Position numbers and translations under genes: made by a program. A stretch of 63,640 bases of DNA, the filler included, from Octopus bimaculoides (taxonomy: Eukaryota): NCBI RefSeq assembly GCF_001194135.2. It is 9 parts of 9 records of this genome, joined end to end, with 100 filler letters (N's around TTAATTAATTAA, not from the genome) between each part and the next. Parts side by side here need not be neighbours in the genome. Positions count along the whole stretch, not along the records: positions 9,777 to 29,716 come from NC_069001.1; 8 more parts are not named here. One strand, written 5' to 3'. Position 1 is the stretch's first letter, and every line of letters starts with the position of its first letter. Positions 12,745-25,394 of this stretch are shown one piece after another. The notes below the pieces were generated by a model. The model saw nothing but the letters and a program-made list of their open reading frames with translations, had not been told where the DNA came from and searched no databases.

Positions 12745-12800
12745 GTGTGTGTATATATATATATATGATGATGATGGGGATATGGTATATATATATATAT

Positions 12801-12832
<32 letters not shown>

Positions 12833-12849
12833 AGGTATGTATATATAAG

Positions 12850-12958
12850 AAAAAATATGTACTGGGGTTGATCCATCCATTCAGCTAAAAATTCTTCAAG
12901 GTGGTGCCCCAGCATGGCCACAGTCTAATGACTGAAGCAAATAAAAAATAAAAGATGA
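12850..12958 (+). mobile_element. SINE family C-related 3' fragment (smaller ones at about 13720-13777 and 16706-16750)
   Basis: ggtggtgccccagcatggccacagtctaatgactgaagcaaataaaa matches the family C 3' end. Confidence 0.75.
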
Positions 12959-15139
12959 AAAATATATATTTGTGTGTGTGTGTGTGTGTGTGTGTATGAA
13001 TGTATATACATATTACATTATCTCTAACACTCCCTGTGACTTGGCAGTTTGCCAAAATGGATCAATAGAATAAGCACCAGGTTTAGAATATAATTATTGG
13101 GATGGAATTCTTTGACTTGTTGCAGGAATATTTAGCAAGTCGGGACCTCTGAGAGATGAAAGCCAAACCATTATATGGAATGCAAAAGAAAATAATCAAC
13201 AAAGAAACACAATTGGGATTTGCTCAGAAATTAGTGACATCATCAAAAGATTCGACTAATCAAAACTTGAGGCGAAATAGAATGAAATCTTTTGTGTGGC
13301 TGACCAAGAGCATCAGCTATATATTTGGTGCATTTTAGCCACTGGTCAATGGGAGCTAGAGCAGACAGCAGATAGCTGCAGGGAACTGTCCTTTAAACAA
13401 AGACAATGGTCAATGGTGATGATGATGATGATGATGATGACAGTGGCAGCAGCAGTGCATCCTAATCTGCCAACTCCAAAGAACACCTGGTGACAAAGAT
13501 GTTCTACCTGATCCAACAACATCTCGTTTGACCTTTGAACTTTCTTATGTAAACATCTTTGCTTTGTCTTTCTTTGTAATGGCAACGTTCATTTGTTAGC
13601 AAGAAGAATAAATAATTTTGCTTTAAAGACTTTTGAAGAATTTGCGTTCTTTCAATACTGAATCATAGCATCATTCATGCTCACACAGAAATCTCTTATT
13701 GCTAAAGACTGAGCCCTACAAAGCATTGCCCCAGCATGGCCGCTGCTCAATGGCTGAAACAAGTAAAAGATAAAAAGAAAAAGTTTAATAGCTGACAATG
13801 TATTTAGATGAAAAGAAAAAGACAAAGGGATAATAATGAGGTGTCCAAGGTGGACATGAAAAGAAGCAGAGAGAGAGAAAGTAGAAAAGGGAAAGAAAGG
13901 GAAAAGGGAAAGAAGGGAAAAAGAAAAGGAAGAAAAAAGAAATATACATGCCTAATAGAAAATGAAAGAAGAGGATCTATTACTGTGTTGTAGTGGATCA
14001 ATAATCTTTTTGAATAAGATAGTGTTTAATAGAGGGGAGTGAGAAAACAAGCAAGATAGAGTAAGGTTGACTGAATGTAGACTGATAAAATGCAGGGAAT
14101 AGCTGGAGATGAATGCATTTGGGGTGATATCGAATTGAATAGCAAAAGAAGCTGGGTGTAGAAAGAAGACAGAAAGCACCAGAAAGGATGGAGAGAATGA
14201 TAAATAATTGGGTTTATGATAAAGTAACTGGCCTGTGTGTGGGTGGAGAGAGAGCGGGGAAGAGAGCGGATGTGTTGGATGAAAGTGTAATATGAAGATG
14301 CATACATTGACAATAAAGGGAAGGAAACGTTTAACTGCTCGAAATAAAATACGATGAAAACACAATAAAAACAGTTAAAATCTGTTCAAGATTCTATGGC
14401 CATATTGAAATTCATTTTTGGGGGTTATGGAGAAGGGGTGGGGGTGGTGGAGAGGTTTATATTTCCATGTTTCTTCTTCTCTTGTAGAATATATTTGGGC
14501 ATCATTTGGCTCTGAATGGAGAAAGAAAGAGAAGTAGGGAAGAGACAAAGGTTTATGGGAAGAAGAAGAAGAAGAAGAAGAAGAAGAAGAAGAAGAAGAA
14601 GAAGAAAGGAGAGAAACGAAGTGACAAGAATGCAGTATATGCAGAAGACTGTGATTTATATATGTCTATCATACAGTTCCTCATCACCAGTAAATATCCG
14701 CTTTTTGTAACAAATCGAGCAACCATGTATCTGCATCTTCGTTTTATTGTTGTTATCGATCTTGATGCTGATGCTGCTGACGATGATAAGAACAACTGGA
14801 ACGAAAGTGAAAAAAACTAGGATATGAAGCAAGGGAAAAGACTCTCTCCAGAAATGTAGAGTGATTATCGTTCGTGAGATTATTTTGTAGATTCTTTTGT
14901 TGGTGAATATTTGCATAAATCAATATATTTCATTTGAGTCAGAGACGAGAGACAGGATCGAATGTCCACATATTATTACTGGTGTTTTGTGCATTTTATC
15001 AGCTTCAAAAATTACGAAAATTACCCCTGGACCAGATCGCATGTTCACGCTGTTATATAGGCGACGTGTTGGTCACAAATGGAAGCACTAACCGACTATA
15101 TCGTTCGATTAGCTTGTGTGTGTTTTGCCTACCAATAAC

Positions 15140-15660
15140 ATCACCATAGCATCTACGTGTTGGTCGTTTGGCGAGCTGGAAATAATCGTCAAATTTCCTT
15201 CGAATCACACTTCACAGTTTTTAAAAAAGGAAGAAAAAACAAACGCTGTATAATTATCCGGATAATGTGATCTTAATTACACCATATTTTACAAAAAGCG
15301 ACGAGATGGTCAAGGCTTGAATAACTTTGATCACAGACACCTGCTCAATCCGCGCTGACCTTGGGCTAAACTATAACGATAACAACAACTGCAACAACAA
15401 TCATAGAAATGAAGATGCGTCTATGCGGTTGCTCGATTTGCTGGAAATAACAGCCAAAAATTATTCTTCAGTTCACAGCTCACTGTCTTAAAAAAACAAA
15501 ACAAGGTATACTACATTAATATATTGTAGCGCTAGATGCACTTATGCTTGGTAAAAACAACCCCCTCCCAAAGAAAAAACAAACACAAAAAAACGAGAGG
15601 GTCACCGCTGCAACGCTTTTGATAGATCAGCTGGATCAGGGCTGATCTAGGGATAAGCTG
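15140..15660 (+). mobile_element. Two tandem degraded copies of repeat family E, ending in (AAC)n (further copies at about 46812-46960 + and 48975-49125 -)
   Basis: Shared core ctatgYggttgctcgatttgctggaaata...cagccaaa and 3' end gatggtca...ctttgat...gggctgacct.gggctaaac. Confidence 0.6.
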
Positions 15661-16977
15661 CTACTGCTACTACTACTACTAGTACTACTATTACCACTAC
15701 CACCTGTATGACTACGACTATAACAACACAAACATCCCATCATATCATCACCTACTTCTACGCCCCCCCCCCATCCCACAACGTTTTGGCAATACTTCGG
15801 TTACAGATCGATATTTTACCCAATTTCGGCTGGTGGTGAATAATATTGTTCGACAGCAGCCAGCCACTGGCGTTAAACGGTGTTCCGAAGGTAGGTTCCA
15901 CATATGTATATATATATGTATGTATATATGATGAATCAGAATGAAGCCTTGTTCGTTTTTATTCAATTATACATTTGCAATATTTACTCGGTAATAAATA
16001 TGCTACGTACATTCACTTGAACAAACCTCGTATTTGCAAAGTGCACCGTGCATAGAAATTATTATTATTATTAATGTTGTATCAATTGATTGATTACTGA
16101 GGGGTAATGTACTGTTTGTTTGGTTGGTACTCGTTTCAACAGCACTTCGTTACTTGAATATTCGCTATTGAGGTTAAAAGCAGCCTGGATCGTAAAGATC
16201 CCTACTAAAGGTTGCCCTGATCGTGCAACAATTTTACTGTTCAGGTTCTCATGCTCGGCTCTTATTTCTAATCACATTAAACCCACACTTTCGCCGATCA
16301 TTCATATATAAGGTATGTGTCTATTTGGTATGTCAAAGCTCGTTGTTCATGCCGTCGTTATTCAGTTTCGATATGCGAATGATGTTTTAAAGGCGACAGT
16401 AAGAAGATGATGGAAGTGGAGACTGAAGATGAAAACAAGTGTATGGTGTCTGTGTTTTGATTCCTGTGTGATGGAAGGATCGCGTACAGCTAGTAACTCT
16501 TGAGTGACAACAAAATGAATTATGAGTTCCGAACGAACATATTGTTAATGCATGAAAAAGGTGATTTGTTATTTACGATTAATTCGCATAGACACACACG
16601 ATCGTTCGCGCGCTCACATACACACAAGTTGACGTAAATCCTATATTTATATCTATGAAAATAATCCTTGTGTGTGTATATGTATGTATGTATATATATA
16701 CATATATGCTCCAGCATAGCCACAGTCTGTGACTGAAACGGATAAGATAATAATGGAATTATATAAAAATGATGACAGCCTGTAAGCTGTCACTTCGAAG
16801 TCACTGTGAAGCTTGTCCTTGTAAAAATTAACCTTGTGCACTTCACTAAAAAGTATTGTGTAATCCTTCAGTTTGAGTTAAATTGTTTATGTATATAACT
16901 TGACATTAATATATATATATAATACAACTGTTTGTTGTTTACACACCCGTCTTCGTCTTTTGTTTCTTTGTAAATTC

Positions 16978-17056
<79 letters not shown>

Positions 17057-18104
17057 GCATATAGGTTAACATATGCAGCTCTAAAAAGTGAAAGTAAATT
17101 GTGATAGGAATCGGAAAAGTTGTCAAATGCGTCGGTATCCATCGACTTTTGCCACAAAACGAAGGATGGACATATGAAACCACACCCTGGTCTTCCACGA
17201 TGTCGTCTAAGAGTCTAGAGTATGTTGTTTTATTTAAACAGAAAAGATAGTCAAGTTTTATTTCAAAAATATTTCAAGAAAATTAAGATTTGAATTTAAT
17301 CATTACATAACACGTATGTATATGATACATATGTAATACAAAACCACAACAAATCCCAAACCGAAGAAATATATTATAAAACGCTAATTAAATCAGTTTA
17401 ATTAGTGTTAATCACAGTTCCTTCGTTGGTTCATAAAGTATTATTTATTTACATTAAACGGGTGGAATACCCGAATTCAAAAATAATTCTAAGGTGTGCT
17501 GTACCTTAAAATATAGATTAACGTTTTAGCATTCAGATAATCCAGAGAGGTTTGAATTAATCTCGCATTATCTCGTAGCTTGGAGATTTCAATGATGTGA
17601 TTGTTTTTTAAACTAGCATTGTAGGATAAGTGTGAGAGGCCAGATCTGGTCAGTTTGAGCATAAAGCAGGTGAAATGTTTGGACCGGATATAATTGATTG
17701 AAATGCTAAAAAGTTTAACGGTAAATTAACTCAATTTGATTGGTTTTGATAGTCACATTTGTAAAACAATGATTTATTCGTAAATTGGGTGAACGTAGCC
17801 GGTCGTTTAGGACCGGAATCCGGAATTCGTTCTTTGCGTACAACATCGACAACTTTACCCCGCACACACGCACGCACGCACGCGCACACACTACACATAG
17901 TATATCAAATAAGGATCTTTCAATCATATTTGTTCAAATTGTTGAAAAAAATGATCTTTCTGTTTTGTTGTTTTACAGATGGATGTCGGCATCTCACCGT
18001 CAACAGAATATCTTCTCGCTGATTTCTGAGTTGTAGTTTTTATTGCCCCGCAGTGATGTGCTGACGCTGGAGACGATTGTGATTCCGTTTTTGTGAAGAC
18101 AACA

Positions 18105-19049
18105 ATGACGAAAATGGTGAGCAGTTTAGAGAAAAATAACGATTTTAATTTCTCAGACAAAGTTAATAGTTCTACTTCGGTGATAAACAGATCCAAGAAT
18201 AGAAAGAGCTGTTCAGACCAACAACAACAACAGCAACAACAACAACAACAGCAACAAAAATCAGTTTCCTCAAACAAAAGAACCGAGAAAGAGATGCAGG
18301 AACCAAGCAATGTCCATGTCTTGATCCTCTTCATCCTTTTCCTTCTGTTTGTGTTTTTTTACACTGGTCTCCGCGTCTACCTTCGACCGACAAAACCCCC
18401 AATAACTGTCACTGTGAATACTTTCCAAGAGTACCTCACGGAAATACAACAGATAAAGTACATGTACTTCACTCAAACAGAGGAATTCTGGAACATTCTG
18501 AAAGACAATGCACAGCAGCTTCTGATGACCGACAAAGAAGATACAACCCCTGCTGCCATGATGGTGATCCTCCCTGCCGGGGAAAAGCAGTTGGCTGTTT
18601 GTCTCATGGATTACTGGTCACAAATCATGAACAGACTTTTGGGCAGCCAAATCTCAGACTTGGCTTTAGAACCGGTTGTGGACGGTTCTAGTATAACATC
18701 TTACAAACCCGGACATCAAAAGTCAATAATATCCGAACAGATTCAACAGTTAGTCGCAAATGGTCACAAGTCGGTCGCCATCAGCAGTTGGGAGAATCTG
18801 CACATTGAAACGTTGCAGCTCCTGTGCAGTATATGCGAGTCAACGAACTTGTTTTACAAGCAAGTGACAGTGGTATTTCTGCTGGAGATACCAGACGAAG
18901 AGCATCACATTGAGAATAAGTCAGACATACATTCTTACCTGTCTTCAATCTGGAGTCATTTGAAAAACGATCAGGTTAAGAAATTACTACATGTGATAGC
19001 AAATAATATTGCCTTTTTAACACCAGACGATACTTTCATGGGTTGTTAA
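18105..19049 (+). CDS. TOR1AIP: Torsin-1A-interacting protein-like (LAP1/LULL1 family; type II membrane protein with a LAP1C AAA+-like lumenal domain), 314 aa, single coding exon
   Basis: The first ATG is at 18105; the track's 18093 start is GTG. The protein has a low-complexity S/N/K-rich N-terminus with Q12 (18219-18254) and one TM helix (VLILFILFLLFVFFYTGL). The lumenal domain carries family motifs FQ...YFTQTEEFW (FPxQ..xW), AVCL, VVDG, LCSICESTNLFYKQVTVVFLL (FYxYCDxENAxFKDVxxxxTV), DQVKKLLHVIANNI (DKLxxLxSRIxxxV) and a terminal GC*. Confidence 0.8.
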   Translation: MTKMVSSLEKNNDFNFSDKVNSSTSVINRSKNRKSCSDQQQQQQQQQQQQQKSVSSNKRTEKEMQEPSNVHVLILFILFLLFVFFYTGLRVYLRPTKPPITVTVNTFQEYLTEIQQIKYMYFTQTEEFWNILKDNAQQLLMTDKEDTTPAAMMVILPAGEKQLAVCLMDYWSQIMNRLLGSQISDLALEPVVDGSSITSYKPGHQKSIISEQIQQLVANGHKSVAISSWENLHIETLQLLCSICESTNLFYKQVTVVFLLEIPDEEHHIENKSDIHSYLSSIWSHLKNDQVKKLLHVIANNIAFLTPDDTFMGC

Positions 19050-19873
19050 GGTAACATGGAGGACGTCTCTAATGTTCACCTTCCACACACAAATTCCTTC
19101 CTTAATCAATGGTGTGTTTATGGGATACAAAGGAACCTGTAATTTTCACTTCATAAAAATTCTCAAGGGCTTGCTTAAGTGTGTATATATATATATATAT
19201 ATNNNNNNNNNNNNNNNNNNNNNNNNNNNNNNNNNNNNNNNNNNNNNNNNNNNNNNNNNNNNNNNNNNNNNNNNNNNNNNNNNNNNNNNNNNNNNNNNNN
19301 NNNNNNNNNNNNNNNNNNNNNNNNNNNNNNNNNNNNNNNNNNNNNNNNNNNNNNNNNNNNNNNNNNNNNNNNNNNNNNNNNNNNNNNNNNNNNNNNNNNN
19401 NNNNNNNNNNNNNNNNNNNNNNNNNNNNNNNNNNNNNNNNNNNNNNNNNNNNNNNNNNNNNNNNNNNNNNNNNNNNNNNNNNNNNNNNNNNNNNNNNNNN
19501 NNNNNNNNNNNNNNNNNNNNNNNNNNNNNNNNNAAAAAATACACACTATATATATGATGTTTATACATACATATATATATACCCATTTAGTGTTAATTGT
19601 GTGAAGAAAAAGTACTCAATACCCAAGTAGAGATTAATAATATTTCATTTTGGTTGTTGAATTGGTCTGTCACTCCTCTGAGTTTTACCTGCGGATGCTC
19701 AGAGTTTTCAGGCAAGTTTTGACTCATAATTTGTGTGAAGACTCTGTTCACTCATAGGCAAGACTCAGAGGAGTGAGAGACCGAGTTGATCAAACTGAAA
19801 ATATGATACATAGATATTTTTAAATATGTGTGTGTGTGCCATAAATATATGTAATATGAATATCGTATATATG

Positions 19874-20260
19874 TAACATATGGTATAATTATAAACCGGG
19901 AAAATTTTAGCCACTTCTCTGCAAGCTGAAAGAAAACATGATCCTTAAACCTTATTAGGTTCTCATCAGAAGCGTCCACATCATTCTGACAGAAAAACAA
20001 GCAGCCAAACTGTTTATATACTCAACAGATGCAGCAGTTACTCTATGAAGGAGTCCCTAATTTGCATACCGAAAGTGTTTAACACTCTATAAATACCAGC
20101 AGCTTGTCAACAGGTATCTTAGTCCACAGAGTATCAAGGTATGATATAATAGAAATATAACATGTGGTATAATTATAAGCAGGGCAAATTTTAGCCATTT
20201 CTCTGCAGACTGAAAAATGATGAACTACCTTAATTGATTTTCAAACCTTATTGGGTTCTC

Positions 20261-20262
<2 letters not shown>
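19874..20262. repeat. Pair of about 95-105 bp direct repeats (19874-19966 and 20158-20262)
   Basis: taacatRtggtataattataa...aaattttagccaYttctctgcaR.ctgaaa...aaaccttattRggttctcat occurs twice. Confidence 0.9.
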
Positions 20263-20300
<38 letters not shown>

Positions 20301-20314
20301 ATGTTTAAGTTTGT

Positions 20315-20550
20315 AAGCGACCTCTTACAAACAGAACAGGATTGCAGGGACACAAGAAAAACGTGAACTATGCACGTCCAGAGCCAACTCTCTGCCCTCG
20401 GTCACTGCTGACCACCAATGCCTGACCTATGGCAGAGCCTTCCAAGCATGCATCGGACTGATTGGCCACAGATGGACACACGAAGCCCTGTCTTCTTCTC
20501 CCTTATGATATCCTTGGTCATTGTCAACAACAATGGACAAACTAATAATA
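20315..20550 (+). mobile_element. 3' end of an RTE/BovB-like LINE
   Basis: RIAGTQEKRE...HQCLTYGRAFQACIGLIGHRWTH matches the RTE C-terminal CPxCGRxFxARIGLxSHxRTH. It is followed by a short 3' UTR and (TAA)n. Confidence 0.85.
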
Positions 20551-21029
20551 NNNNNNNNNNNNNNNNNNNNNNNNNNNNNNNNNNNNNNNNNNNNNNNNNN
20601 NNNNNNNNNNNNNNNNNNNNNNNNNNNNNNNNNNNNNNNNNNNNNNNNNNNNNNNNNNNNNNNNNNNNNNNNNNNNNNNNNNNNNNNNNNNNNNNNNNNN
20701 NNNNNNNNNNNNNNNNNNNNNNNNNNNNNNNNNNNNNNNNNNNNNNNNNNNNNNNNNNNNNNNNNNNNNNNNNNNNNNNNNNNNNNNNNNNNNNNNNNNN
20801 NNNNNNNNNNNNNNNNNNNNNNNNNNNNNNNNNNNNNNNNNNNNNNNNNNNNNNNNNNNNNNNNNNNNNNNNNNNNNNNNNNNNNNNNNNNNNNNNNNNN
20901 NNNNNNNNNNNNNNNNNNNNNNNNNNNNNNNNNNNNNNNNNNNNNNNNNNNNNNATTTACAATAAAAAGTGAAAAAAGAAAAAGAAGTTACCAATTTCTT
21001 TGATGCTACCTGTATAAATAGGGTAAGGG

Positions 21030-21720
21030 TAAAGACCCCCTTCAAGGTTTGGACTCTGCTTCTCAGAGGCCCTACAGCAAACCAAATGAAAGGCTATCAC
21101 ATATCAACATAATCTCCTGCCACCGATTTATTGTGTTTAAGAACCTTGTGAAAGATTACGGTAAGAGTGTTTCAAAATTGTCCTTGAAAGATGTTTTTGA
21201 TGCAGCAGTTCCCTGTGGGTCTAAGAGCTGCATCATCTACCTGCCATTTGATTTGCCCCACCCTTCTCACTCAATCTCAAAATCTTTGCGGGAAGGGCTT
21301 CCCCAGATTAGTAGATAAGCATTTCACACAGTCCCATAGATATAGGAGATTATTCCTCAGACCTCATTCAGCTGTGTGTCTAGTGAAAAAAGAGATATTA
21401 GTGAATGTCCCCAAACACCACACAGAGACAGGATGCTCATGTAGGGTTAGCAGCGAGTGCCCAGTAGGCAACTGATGCAAACTGAGGCAGTGGTCTGTGA
21501 TGTAGAGATGGTGTTCAACAGTAACAACAGCAGTAATAAAAGGACACACACACATGGAAATATGTTGGAACAATAGAGCGATCATTTAAGGCCAGGATAG
21601 ATAATCACACGTTCTCTTTTAGGATTTCAGAGAGGTGCAACATCATAACATTAGCCAGCTGTATATGAGGATTAAAAGAAGAGGGAACACCACTTGTGAG
21701 GGGATTTAGTTGATGGAAAA
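21030..21720 (+). mobile_element. Degenerate Penelope-like element (RT thumb plus GIY-YIG endonuclease)
   Basis: RPYSKPNERLSHINIISCH...GKSVSKLS...; RLVDKHFTQSHRYRRLF; GCSCRVSSECPVG; KYVGTIERSFKARIDNHTFSF...TLASCI*GLKEEG. These are typical PLE motifs, with frameshifts. Confidence 0.85.
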
Positions 21721-22120
21721 TGAAAGAAGCTCGTTGTAATTACAAGGGTAGATTTGTTCGGTGAAAATCCTTCAAGCTGTTGCCTCAACATAGCCGCAGT
21801 CTAATAATTGAAAAGAAATGAAATAGAAAAAGATATGTTGATAATATGTAAACGCCATTTGGAAACAGCACAAAATCTCTCTCTCTTCTGTCACCTTTCA
21901 CTAAGGGAGATAAACTTTAAATTGTGTAAGAATTATTTCCCTTACATCACTTGCTCTTTGTATTTTAGAATTTTTTAACGTCTGTTTTGTACGTGAAGTG
22001 GGTAAGTTGAGCTACTTCTTTCTGTTTCAAAACGACCCCAAGCAGCTTTATCAGTGAGGTGATGGCGGGAGCAGGTTTCCTATAATTACAGTACAACATT
22101 CTCAATATTACACCGCGCAT

Positions 22121-22202
22121 AAGGCGGCGAGCTGGCAGAATGGTTAACTCGCCGGACGAAATGCTTAGTGGTATTTCTTCTGTCTTTACGTTTTGAGTAC
22201 AA
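22121..22202 (+). mobile_element. SINE family A, 5' head only
   Basis: aaggcggcgagctggcagaatggttaactcgccggacgaaatgcttagtggtatttc matches the 38425 and 62976 heads. Confidence 0.85.
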
Positions 22203-22676
22203 CTTTCCTATCTTCACAAATTTACGCCTGGAAACTTCCAGAAAAGTATGAAGAATCAATATTAGAAATCTTTCTTGGAAACCTCCCATTAAAGGAAGAA
22301 CCAACATTCAACCTTTATATACACCTATATACATTTATATATATATATATANNNNNNNNNNNNNNNNNNNNNNNNNNNNNNNNNNNNNNNNNNNNNNNNN
22401 NNNNNNNNNNNNNNNNNNNNNNNNNNNNNNNNNNNNNNNNNNNNNNNNNNNNNNNNNNNNNNNNNNNNNNNNNNNNNNNNNNNNNNNNNNNNNNNNNNNN
22501 NNNNNNNNNNNNNNNNNNNNNNNNNNNNNNNNNNNNNNNNNNNNNNNNNNNNNNNNNNNNNNNNNNNNNNNNNNNNNNNNNNNNNNNNNNNNNNNNNNNN
22601 NNNNNNNNNNNNNNNNNNNNNNNNNNNNNNNNNNNNNNNNNNNNNNNNNNNNNNNNNNNNNNNNNNNNNNNNNNNN

Positions 22677-22711
<35 letters not shown>

Positions 22712-22714
22712 CAT

Positions 22715-22930
22715 GTCCTGTGCCAGTGACATGTAAAAGGTACTTGTGATGGTGACACATTAAAGGCACTTGTGCCAGTGGCATGTTAGAGATACCCGGT
22801 GCACTCAATGGAGTGGTTGGTGTAAGCCAAAACAGGCAAGAGCCTGGTGCAGCCCTCTAGCTTACCACTTCCTATCAAACCATCTAAACCGTTCCCGCAT
22901 GGAAAACTGGCACTAAATGACGACGATGAT
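22715..22930 (+). mobile_element. SINE-like family D copy with tandem tgtgccagtgRcatgt subrepeats and an internal deletion
   Basis: Homologous to 11706-11950. Ends in ...gcatggaaaactggcactaaatgacgacgatgat. Confidence 0.7.
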
Positions 22931-24345
22931 CATGCATGCACACATGCACACACACACACACACACACACATATATAACCCAATAACCCAGTACGCATGTA
23001 ACAGTTTTGTTATTGGGTTACAAGGTGGCATTGGTAGAGCTTTCGATGAGGGTGGTGGTGGTCATGGTGGGAGTGGTTGTGGTGAGAGTATTAACAACAA
23101 TAATGGAATTAGCGGTTGTAGTAAAATTGTTATAGATGCGTTATTGTAGTCGTCATAGTTAATTAGTAAACTGTAATCTACTTAAAACTGTTTACTAAGG
23201 AGAATAAAGTTTGTTAGCTTTTGCTGTAACAGCAGCATTAGTAGTAGTAGTAGTAGTAGTAATCTGAGATTATAATAAATATATTATATATATGTAATAT
23301 TTATATGTATGTAGATGGACATCATTGCATGTGTATGTATCTGTGTGTGCATATATATATATATATATATACTTATATATACTTTTGTTATTTACACCAC
23401 CTGTCCTNNNNNNNNNNNNNNNNNNNNNNNNNNNNNNNNNNNNNNNNNNNNNNNNNNNNNNNNNNNNNNNNNNNNNNNNNNNNNNNNNNNNNNNNNNNNN
23501 NNNNNNNNNNNNNNNNNNNNNNNNNNNNNNNNNNNNNNNNNNNNNNNNNNNNNNNNNNNNNNNNNNNNNNNNNNNNNNNNNNNNNNNNNNNNNNNNNNNN
23601 NNNNNNNNNNNNNNNNNNNNNNNNNNNNNNNNNNNNNNNNNNNNNNNNNNNNNNNNNNNNNNNNNNNNNNNNNNNNNNNNNNNNNNNNNNNNNNNNNNNN
23701 NNNNNNNNNNNNNNNNNNNNNNNNNNNNNNNNNNNNNNNNNNNNNNNNNNNNNNNNNNNNNNNNNNNNNNNNNNNNNNNNNNNNNNNNNNNNNNNNNNNN
23801 NNNNNNNNNNNNNNNNNNNNNNNNNNNNNNNNNNNNNNNNNNNNNNNNNNNNNNNNNNNNNNNNNNNNNNNNNNNNNNNNNNNNNNNNNNNNNNNNNNNN
23901 NNNNNNNNNNNNNNNNNNNNNNNNNNNNNNNNNNNNNNNNNNNNNNNNNNNNNNNNNNNNNNNNNNNNNNNNNNNNNNNNNNNNNNNNNNNNNNNNNNNN
24001 NNNNNNNNNNNNNNNNNNNNNNNNNNNNNNNNNNNNNNNNNNNNNNNNNNNNNNNNNNNNNNNNNNNNNNNNNNNNNNNNNNNNNNNNNNNNNNNNNNNN
24101 NNNNNNNNNNNNNNNNNNNNNNNNNNNNNNNNNNNNNNNNNNNNNNNNNNNNNNNNNNNNNNNNNNNNNNNNNNNNNNNNNNNNNNNNNNNNNNNNNNNN
24201 NNNNNNNNNNNNNNNNNNNNNNNNNNNNNNNNNNNNNNNNNNNNNNNNNNNNNNNNNNNNNNNNNNNNNNNNNNNNNNNNNNNNNNNNNNNNNNNNNNNN
24301 NNNNNNNNNNNNNNNNNNNNNNNNNNNNNNNNNNNNNNNNNNNNN

Positions 24346-24395
<50 letters not shown>

Positions 24396-25358
24396 GGACT
24401 GGTTTAAGAGTACAATGTCATCAGAATGTTGAAAGCATTACAACACACGCACAAACACACACACGCTCTCTCTCACACACACCCCATACGAACGTATGCC
24501 ATTATTAATCACCATTACAGCTACCATCGCCAGTAACTTCACCATTATTGCCACAACATCCTAGTCGTCGTCGTCGTCGTCGTCGTCATCATGAAAATCT
24601 CCACCACCACTCTCACTACCGCCACCATCACCACCATCCCCAACAACGCAAAGACAACCGCCATTGTCATTTTCACCACCACAATAACAACAACGACCAT
24701 CATCATCATAAGCATCGTCATTAATATCAATTCGTTAGCATTATAAGCATCACTATCATCAACACCTTTTTTCTGTGTCATCATCATCATCGTTATTATC
24801 GCCATACACTCTCATCATCACCACCCGACACATGTACTCTTTCTACACTGTACATACACAAGACACACGCTCACACACAAACACACACGCTCACATACAT
24901 ACTGTCTCTCACGCACATACAGACATTGTTCCTTCTACACTCACACACATACACTCACACACATACACACACACACACACACCCTACCCCCTCTATACCT
25001 TGCCCAGAGTATAGATTACTCGACACAAATCCCCCGCAGACACCCCCCTTCACCACAGGCCTCCTCCTTACTCCTTCCTTTCTACCCAGGGTACTGTCAC
25101 ATAACGTACCACAACACTAACCCATTACACACCCCGTTTCTAACATCCGTTACGCTCCATTACATCTTACCTCACCCTCCCCTCAAAATTTGCTTTCTAT
25201 CTCTGCCAATCCCTTTTCATTTTCCACCCCAACCCTTTATCTGCTACCCTACCTCCTACCCCCATTCATGCTCTCCACCCGTTTCCTGTCTTCTATTACT
25301 ATTTTTATCTATTGTTTCTTCACTTCTCTTTTCCTTGTCTGTCTGTCACTGTCTCTCT

Positions 25359-25394
<36 letters not shown>

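Noticed and set aside
17200-17225. ATG-containing first exon (MSSKSL, donor aga|gtatgt) for the TOR1AIP-like gene
   Set aside because: The phase-2 donor cannot be joined in frame to any plausible acceptor after the in-frame stop at 18054.
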